Positions 48,194 to 57,706 are shown, counted from the stretch's first letter. The stretch is DNA of 64,000 nucleotides from a virus (IMGVR_UViG_3300030098_004514:7277-71276); one strand, 5' to 3'. The notes: generated by a model not told the origin, from the letters alone. A program made the numbers and translations.

Positions 48194-49908
48194 TATGATT
48201 CCCAAGGCATTGGTTCGCTATCTTCAACTAAATTTTCTTGAGGCACGAAACTTCCAGATTTAGGTTCCCAAGTAAAATGTGATTCAGCGCCATTTTCACC
48301 TAAGTTTTGAAACTTAACTTTTAGCACTTTAACTTTAGTTGTTTTGGCTTCATAATCTCTATGTACTAATAAACCGTGATAACTAGCGTCATACCACTCA
48401 CCACCACCTTTAATATTGTACATTGTAGGTTCTTCAATCTTACCGTCTTGACCTTTATACATTTTAGTTGGATGGGCAACTATAAAAGTTAACACATCGT
48501 ATTTTTTGCAAAAAGATTCAATCTTAGCTAAATAATCCATTGTGTAACGGTTTACATCATCTGATGCCGCGTTTGTGTCTCTGATCTTGTTAAATGGATC
48601 AATAACCAAACATTTGATACCTTTACGTTTAACTAGTTCAGCGCCTTTGCGTAATACAGACTCTAAACTATATTTGTCCATATCAATAAAGAAGTAATTA
48701 TCGTTTACGTGGTCTGCTACTTCTTTCCATTTTCCTCCTCCGATATCTCCTGGTGATGGCATGTCTTGCCACGTTTTTCGCATGAGTTTATGCGCGTGAA
48801 GATATACCGGTTGGTTTTCTGGACTTGCATACGCAGTTTTCCAACCATATAAATTATTGTAACCAACAACCATTTGATCAACAAAGTCAGACTTACCACT
48901 ACTAGGGATACCAGTGACAGTAATAAACTGCCCAGTGTAAGTAGAAAAAATCTTGTCGAAGTTCTTAAGTCCAATTTGGTAACCGGGTTTAAAGCCGTTT
49001 TTAACAAAGTCTCTAAGTTCATCCTCTACATCTTTTAAAGTTGATACATTTTCTAATGGTACAGGGCGTGAGTTGTGTATAGCATTTCTCAACGCGTCAG
49101 CACCGTGTTCTAACAAGAAATCGTTTGCGTCTTTATTACCATTAAAATCTATTAAGTAACATACTTCTGCTCCTAAACGTCTAACAAGTTCTCGTTGTAA
49201 CATTTGACCAGGCTCATCCTGGTCTACAGCTAATATAATTCTAGTTTTGTCATCAAAATAATCAATACAATTATCTAAGTAATCTAAATTATTATTGTTT
49301 AACGTGGCTCCATTAGGTACTGAAATAGCATTTGGTATACCAGCTTCATGTAGTGCTAACACATCCATCTCGCCTTCAACTATAACACAAGTATCATAAC
49401 CTACAATACTATTAATATTATAAAATACTTTTTCAGCTCCTTTATAAAGCTTAAAGTTTTTCCTACCATCTCTATATTTCACGTTGATCAACTGATCACC
49501 CATAAAATAATTAAATTGAATAGTATTTTCTTTCTTACCTGTCTGAGGCATAAACTCAGAACCCTCAGTTACCTGAAGATCTCTAAGAGTTTGTTTTGAT
49601 ATACCTCTTGTTCCAAACCACGTTTCAACATTCGTACTTACCTCGTTAAAGTTGGCCGGCGTATCCGGTCTAACATAGACACGTTCGCTACTGCCCTTGC
49701 GTTGATAAGTATGAAGTTGAAAGGTAGTGTTACAATTGTGACAAGTTCCGAGACCACGTTCCCAATCATAAGAAGCACATTGTGCTTTTTGATTTTTAGG
49801 TTTCCTAGTATGCGAGCACAAGGGACATGTCCCCTGTGACGCATTTTCTTTTAGGCCATGTTGATTGAATTTATCAATAACAAATCCATTGATCTCATCT
49901 GTACTCAT
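48193..49908 (-). CDS. T7 gp4/Twinkle-like primase-helicase
   Basis: Zn finger CPLC...CHNC, TOPRIM IVEGEMD and DQD, KDAND, Walker A TGIPSSGKS, LVIDPFN and VAHP. Confidence 0.92.
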   Translation of the reverse strand: MSTDEINGFVIDKFNQHGLKENASQGTCPLCSHTRKPKNQKAQCASYDWERGLGTCHNCNTTFQLHTYQRKGSSERVYVRPDTPANFNEVSTNVETWFGTRGISKQTLRDLQVTEGSEFMPQTGKKENTIQFNYFMGDQLINVKYRDGRKNFKLYKGAEKVFYNINSIVGYDTCVIVEGEMDVLALHEAGIPNAISVPNGATLNNNNLDYLDNCIDYFDDKTRIILAVDQDEPGQMLQRELVRRLGAEVCYLIDFNGNKDANDFLLEHGADALRNAIHNSRPVPLENVSTLKDVEDELRDFVKNGFKPGYQIGLKNFDKIFSTYTGQFITVTGIPSSGKSDFVDQMVVGYNNLYGWKTAYASPENQPVYLHAHKLMRKTWQDMPSPGDIGGGKWKEVADHVNDNYFFIDMDKYSLESVLRKGAELVKRKGIKCLVIDPFNKIRDTNAASDDVNRYTMDYLAKIESFCKKYDVLTFIVAHPTKMYKGQDGKIEEPTMYNIKGGGEWYDASYHGLLVHRDYEAKTTKVKVLKVKFQNLGENGAESHFTWEPKSGSFVPQENLVEDSEPMPWES

Positions 49909-50217
49909 CTAAAATGGTAGATCTTCTTCAACAGCTGGAGCTGGAGCGGCTGGAGCTGAGTTGTTATCTCTTGGAGCTGGTTCAACATTCTGACCATTAG
50001 TCCAAACTACCTTTACATTACCAAGGTAAGTCTTAGGTGCTTTAGCATCTCTTTCTTCCTTAGTTTGTTCTACAACTACAGGACCTTGATTACCGAACTG
50101 ATCTAGTTCGTCATTCAAAGTAATTGTAATTGGTAAGTATTTACCTTTTTTACCTACGTAGATCTTATCTTTCGGTATTTCATTTAGGTTAATACTAGTT
50201 TTAATAATACTTGCCAT
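49909..50217 (-). CDS. Single-stranded DNA-binding protein-like
   Basis: GKKGKYL, DQFGN, YLGN and an acidic tail EEDLPF. Confidence 0.7.
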   Translation of the reverse strand: MASIIKTSINLNEIPKDKIYVGKKGKYLPITITLNDELDQFGNQGPVVVEQTKEERDAKAPKTYLGNVKVVWTNGQNVEPAPRDNNSAPAAPAPAVEEDLPF

Positions 50218-50219
50218 AA

Positions 50220-50387
50220 TTAATAATTATTTAGTTGATTAAACATTCTCATTATTTGCTCTTTTGTAGCACCGCTGTTTCTTCTTAAGTTATCTACGGC
50301 TTTTACATGGTTTTGATTTGTGTAAAAATTATTTACACTAGTTTTAATTCCACTTACGCTACATACTTTTGATTTAGTTCTTGGCAT
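50220..50387 (-). CDS. Hypothetical 55-aa protein (not in ORF track)
   Basis: MPRTKSKVCSVSG...NQLNNY* fills the gap between neighbouring genes. Confidence 0.6.
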   Translation of the reverse strand: MPRTKSKVCSVSGIKTSVNNFYTNQNHVKAVDNLRRNSGATKEQIMRMFNQLNNY

Positions 50388-50397
50388 AATTTTAGGT

Positions 50398-51138
50398 TTA
50401 TAAGGTTTTGCTTATGAAATACTGTTTAGGATCAAAGTCCTTGGTCTTGTAAAATAAGTCATAAGCTTCGCTTGCTTTACGCACCTTCTCTTCTCCCTTT
50501 TCATAAAACTGGGGAGAACAGTCGAACATACCAATTTGATGGGTGTTCTTATCGATAACTATAAATAAAAACTCATATCCAAATAGTTTACTATATATAT
50601 AGGCTTGTGAGTCATAGTTATACTTTGACGCTGACCATTGAAACTTCTCAATGTCTGCTGTTGTTTTTAAATCAATAATTAGTTTCTCATTATGATTAAC
50701 AATATCTGCTTTACCTTTCCATTTATTACCAAATAACTCTGTAACCATAGGTACTTCAAAATCATTTAACTTACCATCTGTACCCGTAATAAGATCAGCA
50801 CAGATATCGTTAGCCATAACTTTCTCTCTCATCAATTCAATTGCATCTACTTCATGTTGTAGTAGACAAAGCTCACCACCTGCAACATCTTTATATTGTT
50901 TAGTGTTTCTAGTGGTTGATTTAACAACTTTGTATTTCTCTAACTTATCTGGTTCTAAAATACAAGTATGGAAATATCCACCAACTAAAAACGCTGGAGA
51001 TGGTTTACTTGGTTCGAAAGCTCTCAATGGATCTTTCAATAGTTTACCAACGTGTGAGTTAGATAAAAACTTATTACCAAACTCTCCGTAGTAATCTTCA
51101 TCATTTTTTAACTTCTGTAAGATTTTTTCTTTGTTCAT
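50398..51138 (-). CDS. RecE/DUF3799-like PD-(D/E)XK exonuclease
   Basis: LSNS, GGYFHTCILEP, KGKADI, IIDLKTT and YDSQAYIY. Confidence 0.8.
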   Translation of the reverse strand: MNKEKILQKLKNDEDYYGEFGNKFLSNSHVGKLLKDPLRAFEPSKPSPAFLVGGYFHTCILEPDKLEKYKVVKSTTRNTKQYKDVAGGELCLLQHEVDAIELMREKVMANDICADLITGTDGKLNDFEVPMVTELFGNKWKGKADIVNHNEKLIIDLKTTADIEKFQWSASKYNYDSQAYIYSKLFGYEFLFIVIDKNTHQIGMFDCSPQFYEKGEEKVRKASEAYDLFYKTKDFDPKQYFISKTL

Positions 51139-51667
51139 CTGTTAATTTATATTTTGTTTCAATAGCTTCAATATTACCACCCGCGGCTATATATTCTTTA
51201 GCTTTTTTCATTTGCTCCGCAGTTATAGGTGTTGCCGCTGCTTTTTTAATCTTATTAACCACGTTAGATTTTTTACCGTGATCATTAGTGGCATCTGCAT
51301 CTTCAGTATCATCAATTAAGAATAAGTTACCTAATGCGTATTTCTTACCGTAAGAAGAAGCGGCACCAAATTGTTGGGCGGTTTGCATACCTTTTTGATT
51401 AAGGTCTACACCAACCACCGCTGTGGCGTGTATAGCATTTTCACCATCTGATATTGTTGCTGTTGATTTAAGTGTTGGAACAGGATCTGTAGCTATTATC
51501 TCTTCATTAAGAGTAACCGAGACGCCATGTTCAATTAAGAAAGGCTTTGTAGCCTCTAAGATGTCTTCAGCTTTACGAAAGTGGTATTTTCCAAAGCTAT
51601 TGTATGAAGACTTTTTTGCTTTTAGCTTAGTCTGAATGACCGCTAATTTTTGGTTTAATTCTTTCAT
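51101..51667 (-). CDS. erf: ERF-family ssDNA annealing protein
   Basis: LKAKKSSYNSFGKYHFRKAEDIL and QQFGAASSYGKKYALGNLFLIDD. Start placed at MKELN, downstream of the promoter. Confidence 0.85.
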   Translation of the reverse strand: MKELNQKLAVIQTKLKAKKSSYNSFGKYHFRKAEDILEATKPFLIEHGVSVTLNEEIIATDPVPTLKSTATISDGENAIHATAVVGVDLNQKGMQTAQQFGAASSYGKKYALGNLFLIDDTEDADATNDHGKKSNVVNKIKKAAATPITAEQMKKAKEYIAAGGNIEAIETKYKLTDEQRKNLTEVKK

Positions 51668-51690
51668 AATATTGGTCTTTTGGTGTGTAT

Positions 51691-51720
51691 ATATAATCAC
51701 ACATTTTTAATTTAATTTAC
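51691..51720 (-). promoter_or_regulatory. Late/middle phage promoter (class L) for the replication operon
   Basis: Minus strand GTAAA-TTAAATTAAAAATGT-GTGATTATAT, directly after the sigma-factor stop codon. Confidence 0.7.
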
Positions 51721-51729
51721 AATAGTAAC

Positions 51730-52491
51730 TTACAGAAAATCAATCACTTGCGAGTGGTCTACGTTCTCTATTAATTTACTTACTGCTTGCTTTTTTAACT
51801 GTGAAACCCTTACATAGGCTCCGCTTCCTTCTATATCTAAATATTCTGCTATTTGTTTTGCTGAATGCTTGTCACAATCCAATCCATAACTTAATCTTAA
51901 CACGTGAAACTCTTTATTTGTTAAGTGTTGTTTTAGTAAAGATGTAAGATACATATTTAAAAATTGAATATTATATGGCTCTGATTTATCTTCTATTTGT
52001 AAAAATATATCATCATCCTCTCTAGTACCAGCATCAATACTTAAAAATATAGAATTAAAGAACATTGCTACAGCTTTTTTATCTTTACCAAAGTTTTTAC
52101 GTATCTCGTTTGTTACGTGTTCTGGTAATCTCATTTGTCCTCTGTTTGTGTCAATAGCTCTTCTTATTCCACCCTTAATTCTTTTAGATAAAAACGATTT
52201 CATAGTTTTCTCTTGATCTTCCGATTCCTGTAATTTATCCCAATCAATACGATCAACAGCTTTAATTAAGTTTAAATTACCTTCTTGTATTATATCCAAT
52301 ATACTCATGCACCCACTAGCTTGTTGTGATGTCGCAAACTTTCTAGCTATATTTTCTACAAGTGGCATAAATAATAATATTAACTCATTTCTATTATAAT
52401 CTTTATAATCATAAGCTTGTTTTAATCTTTTATAAGATTGTTCTAAATCGTTTTTATATCTTATATAATTCTGTATATTATAATGTTTCAT
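51730..52491 (-). CDS. Phage-encoded sigma-70-family factor
   Basis: Region 2 LVENIARKF...DIIQEGNLNLIKAVDR, region 3 MRLPEH and LSID, region 4 VLRLSYGL...QIAEYL...VRVSQLKKQAV. Confidence 0.9.
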   Translation of the reverse strand: MKHYNIQNYIRYKNDLEQSYKRLKQAYDYKDYNRNELILLFMPLVENIARKFATSQQASGCMSILDIIQEGNLNLIKAVDRIDWDKLQESEDQEKTMKSFLSKRIKGGIRRAIDTNRGQMRLPEHVTNEIRKNFGKDKKAVAMFFNSIFLSIDAGTREDDDIFLQIEDKSEPYNIQFLNMYLTSLLKQHLTNKEFHVLRLSYGLDCDKHSAKQIAEYLDIEGSGAYVRVSQLKKQAVSKLIENVDHSQVIDFL

Positions 52492-52601
52492 TAGTATTGT
52501 CTTCTTTTGTTATATCCATAGCTCCACTTATCTAAAAGTTTTATTGCCACTTCTTTAGTTATTTCATTTGCATAATATAAATCATATATTAATCTTTTCA
52601 T
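52491..52601 (-). CDS. Hypothetical 36-aa protein (not in ORF track)
   Basis: MKRLIYDLYY...KRRQY* overlaps both neighbours at their start and stop codons. Confidence 0.5.
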   Translation of the reverse strand: MKRLIYDLYYANEITKEVAIKLLDKWSYGYNKRRQY

Positions 52602-53212
52602 AATTGTTTATTTAATAATTCCTTTTCTCGTTTTAATTCTTCGCACATATTTCTATGTATAGTTCTAGTTGAGCAGTCTAGCAAACCTGCTATTCTACTT
52701 ATTGTAATTTTTTTACCCATGTCATTCATATCTAACATGCATTGATAAATATCATCTGCGTGTATACGTTTAGATCTACCTATTAATTCTCCCACAATTC
52801 TTAATTTCTCTTCTTTGGACAATCGATTACCATATTTAAATATAACCTTACGTAATTTATTCTTAGGTGGTTCATCTAAATCTAGCATTGATACCTCATA
52901 TACTATCTTACGTAGAAGGTCAGCGTGTATAGCAAAGCTCGTAAATCCATTACGTTTATCAGCTAATATCTCTGCTACTTTCATAAATTGATCTTGATCA
53001 AGTTGAGGATTTAAATACCATAATACTAATAAATGCCATTTAAGTGATTTGAATGTAGTTATCTTAGCTTTACTAGTAAACAAATGATAACACTCATACG
53101 TACCATTAAGATAAAACATGTAATATTTATTTTCTTGATCTGGTTTATCTGTTATTGGATCTCTTTTATAGACAATGCGATTATCGTTAAAATATGTTAA
53201 GTTGTGTGACAT
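52598..53212 (-). CDS. C-terminal HTH DNA-binding protein (regulator or replication-initiator-like)
   Basis: KITISRIAGLLDCSTRTIHRNM forms a helix-turn-helix. Confidence 0.6.
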   Translation of the reverse strand: MSHNLTYFNDNRIVYKRDPITDKPDQENKYYMFYLNGTYECYHLFTSKAKITTFKSLKWHLLVLWYLNPQLDQDQFMKVAEILADKRNGFTSFAIHADLLRKIVYEVSMLDLDEPPKNKLRKVIFKYGNRLSKEEKLRIVGELIGRSKRIHADDIYQCMLDMNDMGKKITISRIAGLLDCSTRTIHRNMCEELKREKELLNKQL

Positions 53213-53250
53213 TAGCCTCTTACTCTTTATTTTTAGGGGCTGTTGTCACA
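53205..53250. promoter_or_regulatory. Operator-like inverted pair TGTGAC-N34-GTCACA over the HTH gene start
   Basis: TGTGACATTAG...TTGTCACA, with a near-identical arrangement at 59561-59607. Confidence 0.55.
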
Positions 53251-53334
53251 GTCCCCTCTGGTCTTAATGTTGTAAAAATAATTCTTGTTTCATTATCATT
53301 ATTACCGTATTTAATTTCATTAAATATCTTTATT

Positions 53335-53697
53335 CTATTTATTAAATCTTCGCTCATATATTCTCTGTTTTATTATTTTTATATCATTACTTTTTACTTT
53401 ATAATCATTCATTAATTCTTGTGGTACATTATCCCATGCGCCTATGTAATTCTGCACGTTAAATCCTCGTTTAATACACTCATCATACAAACTAATATAT
53501 CTATTTTTAAGATATAATAACTTGTTATAGAAAAACTTAACATGGCCGGTACCTAATTTAAATTTATCAGGTATACCATCCATATTATATTTACCTTTAG
53601 CAATACAATTTGGTATACGCTTTATTTCCCTATGCTCAGCTATTAAATGTTGATTAATTAATTCAGCTGGTGGTATTCCTACGTTTATTCTTGTCAT
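53335..53697 (-). CDS. denV: Pyrimidine-dimer DNA glycosylase (T4 endonuclease V-like)
   Basis: MTRIN (catalytic Thr2), QHLIAEHREIKRI, FKLGTGHVKFFYNKL and RGF. Confidence 0.9.
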   Translation of the reverse strand: MTRINVGIPPAELINQHLIAEHREIKRIPNCIAKGKYNMDGIPDKFKLGTGHVKFFYNKLLYLKNRYISLYDECIKRGFNVQNYIGAWDNVPQELMNDYKVKSNDIKIIKQRIYERRFNK

Positions 53698-53900
53698 TTA
53701 TTAAACGGTTTTGATCTTACTATTCTATCTTTTTTTATTTTCTTAAGCGTCCACAAAATATCTGTTAGTAACTTAAATAATTGTTCTTCTTGTTTTCCTG
53801 TCATAAGTTCTGTTGTTTTGCTAATTTTTCTATTACTTTTACTAGTTTAGTTAAGGCTTTAGTTAAGTCGCTAATGTCCTTATACATTTGTTGTTGATTT

Positions 53901-54740
53901 CTATTCATAATCTCTAATACATTTAAATAATGGATGTCTATAACTACCAGCTTTTGTACGCTCGAAATATGTAAACGTAGCTAATTTACCAACCCATGTT
54001 TTCATTTCTTCAAAATTATCTTGTAAATATTGAAACTTATCCATAACAGGCATACCGAATATATTACCCTCAGAATCTTGTGCCATAAATTTACCGATAG
54101 TACCTTTACGCTTACCTTTACCTTCAACCCAATCAAGTAATAAAGCTTCATCGTCACTAAAGTCTTTAAACTTACGTAAATTCCATGATCTACCACACTT
54201 ATACATATCGTTAGTACGTAGTATAGAACCCTCGTAGCCATTTTTTAAATTTTGCTTATGAATCATTTTAGCAAGATTCTCATTATCTATAGCTCTAGTT
54301 GGTACATGACGAATACAGTGATTACGAGGTACAGCTTGTTCGATAAAAGTATTACGTTCTTCAAACGTTTTAGTCTCATCTATAATATCATAACAATGAA
54401 ACTGCACCATATCAGCTGATTCTATCATATCTATGTCATCTGGTTTTTGTTTTCTGACTAACGATATTATCTTTTCAAAATTATCTTTTAGATCGTGATT
54501 ATACAGCTCGCCATCGAGTATAACATTAGGGTTAAGAGCAAACCACGGGGTAAGATTAAATAATATGTGGTCAATATTTTTCCATTCTTTACCTGTACGT
54601 GAATAAGCTTTTGGCATACCACCACCTTCATATTGTATTACACATCTAACACCGTCAAGCTTTGGTTGCATAAATACTGGTTTATCATAATTAATTGGTT
54701 TGTCACTTGCTGGATAAGCTAACATTGGTTTTTTTCTCAT
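53901..54740 (-). CDS. ATP-dependent DNA ligase
   Basis: QPKLDGVRC (KxDG), YSRTGK, LDGELY, YDI, GYEGSILR and RKFK. Confidence 0.92.
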   Translation of the reverse strand: MRKKPMLAYPASDKPINYDKPVFMQPKLDGVRCVIQYEGGGMPKAYSRTGKEWKNIDHILFNLTPWFALNPNVILDGELYNHDLKDNFEKIISLVRKQKPDDIDMIESADMVQFHCYDIIDETKTFEERNTFIEQAVPRNHCIRHVPTRAIDNENLAKMIHKQNLKNGYEGSILRTNDMYKCGRSWNLRKFKDFSDDEALLLDWVEGKGKRKGTIGKFMAQDSEGNIFGMPVMDKFQYLQDNFEEMKTWVGKLATFTYFERTKAGSYRHPLFKCIRDYE

Positions 54741-55084
54741 CTATTTCCTTTTTTTAATATTTTATTTACTTCGTCCATTCGTTGTTTAATAATAGCACAT
54801 TTTTCATATGCTTCATCTTCTTTAAACAGGTTCATTAATGTCATAAGCTTTGCTGCTTCACCTAATGCATTTTCTTCTTCGGTTAATTCAAGATCTTGGT
54901 AAGCCGTTGACCAAGCTATGTCAGACTTGGACACGTGGTGAAACCAATCTTCCATAGATTTTAATTTTACCATACGACTTACGATCTTGATTGCCAACCT
55001 GTTAAGACCTTCATCACCTACTTTAAGATCATTAATTTTGTCTAATATTTGTTTATTTGTTACACGTTTATTATCTTTACTCAT
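54737..55084 (-). CDS. Hypothetical protein with a UVR-like C-terminal helix pair
   Basis: EDEAYEKCAIIKQRM. Confidence 0.5.
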   Translation of the reverse strand: MSKDNKRVTNKQILDKINDLKVGDEGLNRLAIKIVSRMVKLKSMEDWFHHVSKSDIAWSTAYQDLELTEEENALGEAAKLMTLMNLFKEDEAYEKCAIIKQRMDEVNKILKKGNR

Positions 55085-55100
55085 TCGTATTTATTTTGTA
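55069..55100 (-). promoter_or_regulatory. Early promoter (class E), slightly degenerate copy
   Basis: TACAA-N5-ATACGA-N9-GATAATA, overlapping a gene junction. Confidence 0.5.
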
Positions 55101-55433
55101 TTTATCTAATAATTTTTGCGGTTCACCTACAAAGATACATTCAAAGTCAAGGCCGTTACCCATACCTTCGAATATACTTATCCATGTCGTTTTTAACGGT
55201 GCTTGCCATATATAATATATATACTCTAAATCACCGTGTCTTGTATCTAAATGTTCTACTTCCCATCCTGATAATTTTGTGGAATCTAATAATGACTCGG
55301 CTATCTCTACGCCTAATCCCTCTGGATAGCCATCACTGTGGTTATAGAACTGCGCGTGTATAGCATTTGGATGCTCATTAAAGCTCACGCCAACTTCTCT
55401 TGTTGCAAATCTAATCTGTGCTCTTGTGCTCAT
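55077..55433 (-). CDS. Conserved phage early protein (HxDGYP family)
   Basis: MSTRAQI...YNHSDGYPEGLG...EYIY. Confidence 0.6.
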   Translation of the reverse strand: MSTRAQIRFATREVGVSFNEHPNAIHAQFYNHSDGYPEGLGVEIAESLLDSTKLSGWEVEHLDTRHGDLEYIYYIWQAPLKTTWISIFEGMGNGLDFECIFVGEPQKLLDKYKINTNE

Positions 55434-55701
55434 AATATCTTTCTTTTAATTGTTCAATAATTGCTCTACCTGTTGCCGTATGAAAACCATAGCTATGTGT
55501 GAATAAACCTTTAATTGGGTCATTAAAGAATAATAATCTCATATAATCTAGTGGGTCAGCTGCTTTTGCAAAATGATTACCGTAATTATCTTCAGCCATA
55601 TCATTACAAGCAGCAGCAATAGCTTTAGGGCAGTGAGTAAACTCATCTGGTGTTCTATAAGACATATAGTCTTGTACTTTTTTACTTGTTAGTTTTTTCA
55701 T
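55411..55701 (-). CDS. Hypothetical early protein
   Basis: 96-aa ORF tightly packed in the operon. Confidence 0.55.
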   Translation of the reverse strand: MKKLTSKKVQDYMSYRTPDEFTHCPKAIAAACNDMAEDNYGNHFAKAADPLDYMRLLFFNDPIKGLFTHSYGFHTATGRAIIEQLKERYYEHKSTD

Positions 55702-55702
55702 A

Positions 55703-56089
55703 TTATTCTTTATTTAATTGGTCAGCAGTTGGTTCGTCTTCAGGGCAATCAGCTTCTTTAAATAGTTTACATACATTATTTACTATTTGTTCTGTTAATT
55801 CATAAGCAGCTTGTAAACCAACACTTTCACAATATACTTTACCATCATACTCCATACCATACTCAAACTCATAGTTATCTGTATTACTAAAGTCAAAATC
55901 TTCAACAGCTTTTTCTACAGCATCATGAATCTCATCCATCATCATTGGTGTAATTTCTGGTTTGTTGTAATCTTCTAACTCTTGTTTAGTTGCTTTTAAC
56001 TTGCTTTCATAATTAGTAGCAAAGTCTTGATGCTCTTTGATTGCTTTTTCTAGACCTTCAATCTTGGTCTTTAAATCCATTTCATTCAT
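55703..56089 (-). CDS. Hypothetical acidic coiled-coil early protein
   Basis: 128-aa ORF directly downstream of a class E promoter. Confidence 0.6.
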   Translation of the reverse strand: MNEMDLKTKIEGLEKAIKEHQDFATNYESKLKATKQELEDYNKPEITPMMMDEIHDAVEKAVEDFDFSNTDNYEFEYGMEYDGKVYCESVGLQAAYELTEQIVNNVCKLFKEADCPEDEPTADQLNKE

Positions 56090-56104
56090 ATTATTTAATT
56101 TTAT

Positions 56105-56138
56105 TATATTATCTTACTTTATTCGTATTTAGTTTGTA
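56105..56138 (-). promoter_or_regulatory. Early promoter (class E: TACAA-N5-ATACGA-N9-GATAATATA)
   Basis: Exact consensus 15 nt before the ATG at 56089. Confidence 0.75.
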
Positions 56139-56142
56139 ATAA

Positions 56143-56272
56143 AACGAGGTCGGGCAGGTGTGGTTTCAACTTTATCCTGCCGTTCTGCCAAGTGAGTAAG
56201 ATGCGGCTCAAGAATTAACCTGATCTTTGTACTTCCGCTACACGTCTCACGCGCTACCACCCTCACCTCGTT
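56143..56272 (-). ncRNA. Candidate structured ncRNA (about 130 nt)
   Basis: GC-rich intergenic block with nested helices AACGAGGT/ACCTCGTT, GTGGT/ACCAC, GTGAG/CTCAC and GCGG/CCGC. Confidence 0.45.
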
Positions 56273-56375
56273 ATAATAACTTACCTATTCCAATTCCTAT
56301 TATCAATCCAGCTATTCCTATGTAAGCTACTATTAAAAACAATAGCGAATCTTTATTTTGTCTATCTTTATTCAT
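56271..56375 (-). CDS. 34-aa single-TM peptide (not in ORF track)
   Basis: MNKDRQNKDSLLFLIVAYIGIAGLIIGIGIGKLL*. Confidence 0.45.
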   Translation of the reverse strand: MNKDRQNKDSLLFLIVAYIGIAGLIIGIGIGKLL

Positions 56376-56565
56376 ACCAAACACCATATACTTTAACACC
56401 TTTCGGTTCACACATTAATACTTTTTTCTTTATTGGTTTTTCGTTTAATTGACTTTTGTCCATGTATTTTGGATTTTTGCTGTTTAGTTTTCTCTTTTTT
56501 GTCATATTCTTCTATATTTCTAATTAATTTTTCATTTTGTCCTAATCTTTTTCTAAATAATCTCA

Positions 56566-57087
56566 TCATATTACTTTATATCTTTGTCCATCTATTATTA
56601 CTTGTACGCTTTGTGTTTTTTCAGGAAATATTACATCAGCAATACTATTTCTTGTTTTAATTTCATTTTCATACTTCCATTTAGGTACAAACTTACCACT
56701 TGATAGCATATTAGCGTAACCTATGTAATAGTTTTTGAGACAAAAGCTTATTAAGTATTCTAGTCTGTCTTGCTCGTTAGGTATTAGTTTACAACCACGA
56801 GTAGTATATTCTCTGTATGTACCATCTTCAAATGGACCATAGAATCTTGTTTCACTTTCAATCCTTTTGTTTAGTTGCCAACTCGGGCAATATCCACCTG
56901 CTTTAGTACGTCTAACATAACCACTAGCAAAACTCGCGACGTGTATAGCATTACCGTACTGACATTTTACTGGCAACTTAAATTCACGTGTACCATTTTT
57001 CTTTTGTCTTTTAGTTGTAACCTCTTGAATATCAAGGAATTGCAACATCCTTTCTATTTCTACAAAATTGTTAAATTGTTTCTTCAT
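56566..57087 (-). CDS. Hypothetical early protein
   Basis: 173-aa ORF in the early operon. Confidence 0.6.
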   Translation of the reverse strand: MKKQFNNFVEIERMLQFLDIQEVTTKRQKKNGTREFKLPVKCQYGNAIHVASFASGYVRRTKAGGYCPSWQLNKRIESETRFYGPFEDGTYREYTTRGCKLIPNEQDRLEYLISFCLKNYYIGYANMLSSGKFVPKWKYENEIKTRNSIADVIFPEKTQSVQVIIDGQRYKVI

Positions 57088-57093
57088 ATTATA

Positions 57094-57306
57094 TTATTTT
57101 AATAGTGTTCCATAACCTCGGCGTTGAGTCAACCTAGATATACGTGCAGCGTCACTGCTTGACATAATCTGTATGGAATTACCGGTTTTGTGGTTGATTA
57201 GTGGTGCGCAACCGTATTGCTCGGTCGTGGAGCAGTCAACGCACACTTTGTAACCTAAGTCGGCTCTGCCTTGAGGTATTATATTGTTACATTTACACTG
57301 CAACAT
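57094..57306 (-). CDS. DksA/TraR-like C4 zinc-finger protein
   Basis: CKC..IPQGRADLGYKVCVDC resembles the C4 finger Cx(1-2)C..IP..R......CxxC. Start placed at MLQCKC. Confidence 0.55.
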   Translation of the reverse strand: MLQCKCNNIIPQGRADLGYKVCVDCSTTEQYGCAPLINHKTGNSIQIMSSSDAARISRLTQRRGYGTLLK

Positions 57307-57484
57307 AAGTAAATCCTTTATAATTAAACCAAGTGGTAATGTGAGAAAAACCATCTTTATCTACTTCACCGAACTTAGTATCTGCTAATTGACAGATAGT
57401 ATATGGTTTATAAGTTATACCATTTAATTGAATTTTTTGTTTACCAGTAGTTATATCTGGCTTTAAGAATTTGATTGTGTTCAT
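57293..57484 (-). CDS. Hypothetical early protein
   Basis: 63-aa ORF directly downstream of a class E promoter. Confidence 0.55.
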   Translation of the reverse strand: MNTIKFLKPDITTGKQKIQLNGITYKPYTICQLADTKFGEVDKDGFSHITTWFNYKGFTYVAV

Positions 57485-57503
57485 GTTATATATTTTATTT
57501 AAT

Positions 57504-57537
57504 TATATTATCAATTACTTTTCGTATTTGTTTTGTA
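57504..57537 (-). promoter_or_regulatory. Early promoter (class E)
   Basis: Exact consensus 19 nt before the ATG at 57484. Confidence 0.75.
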
Positions 57538-57538
57538 T

Positions 57539-57706
57539 TTATCTTTCTTTATGATATTCTATTATTAAAGAATCTCTTTTATAAGTATATTCTAAATATA
57601 ATTTATCTATTTTGTATTCTAATTCTTTTTCTTTTTCTGTTAATGGAGCAAATGTTCCACATGAAGTGATTAAAAACGCACCTAAAATTACTATTATTTT
57701 ATTCAT
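57539..57706 (-). CDS. 55-aa putative lipoprotein (not in ORF track)
   Basis: MNKIIVILGAFLITSC carries a lipobox-like signal. Confidence 0.5.
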   Translation of the reverse strand: MNKIIVILGAFLITSCGTFAPLTEKEKELEYKIDKLYLEYTYKRDSLIIEYHKER

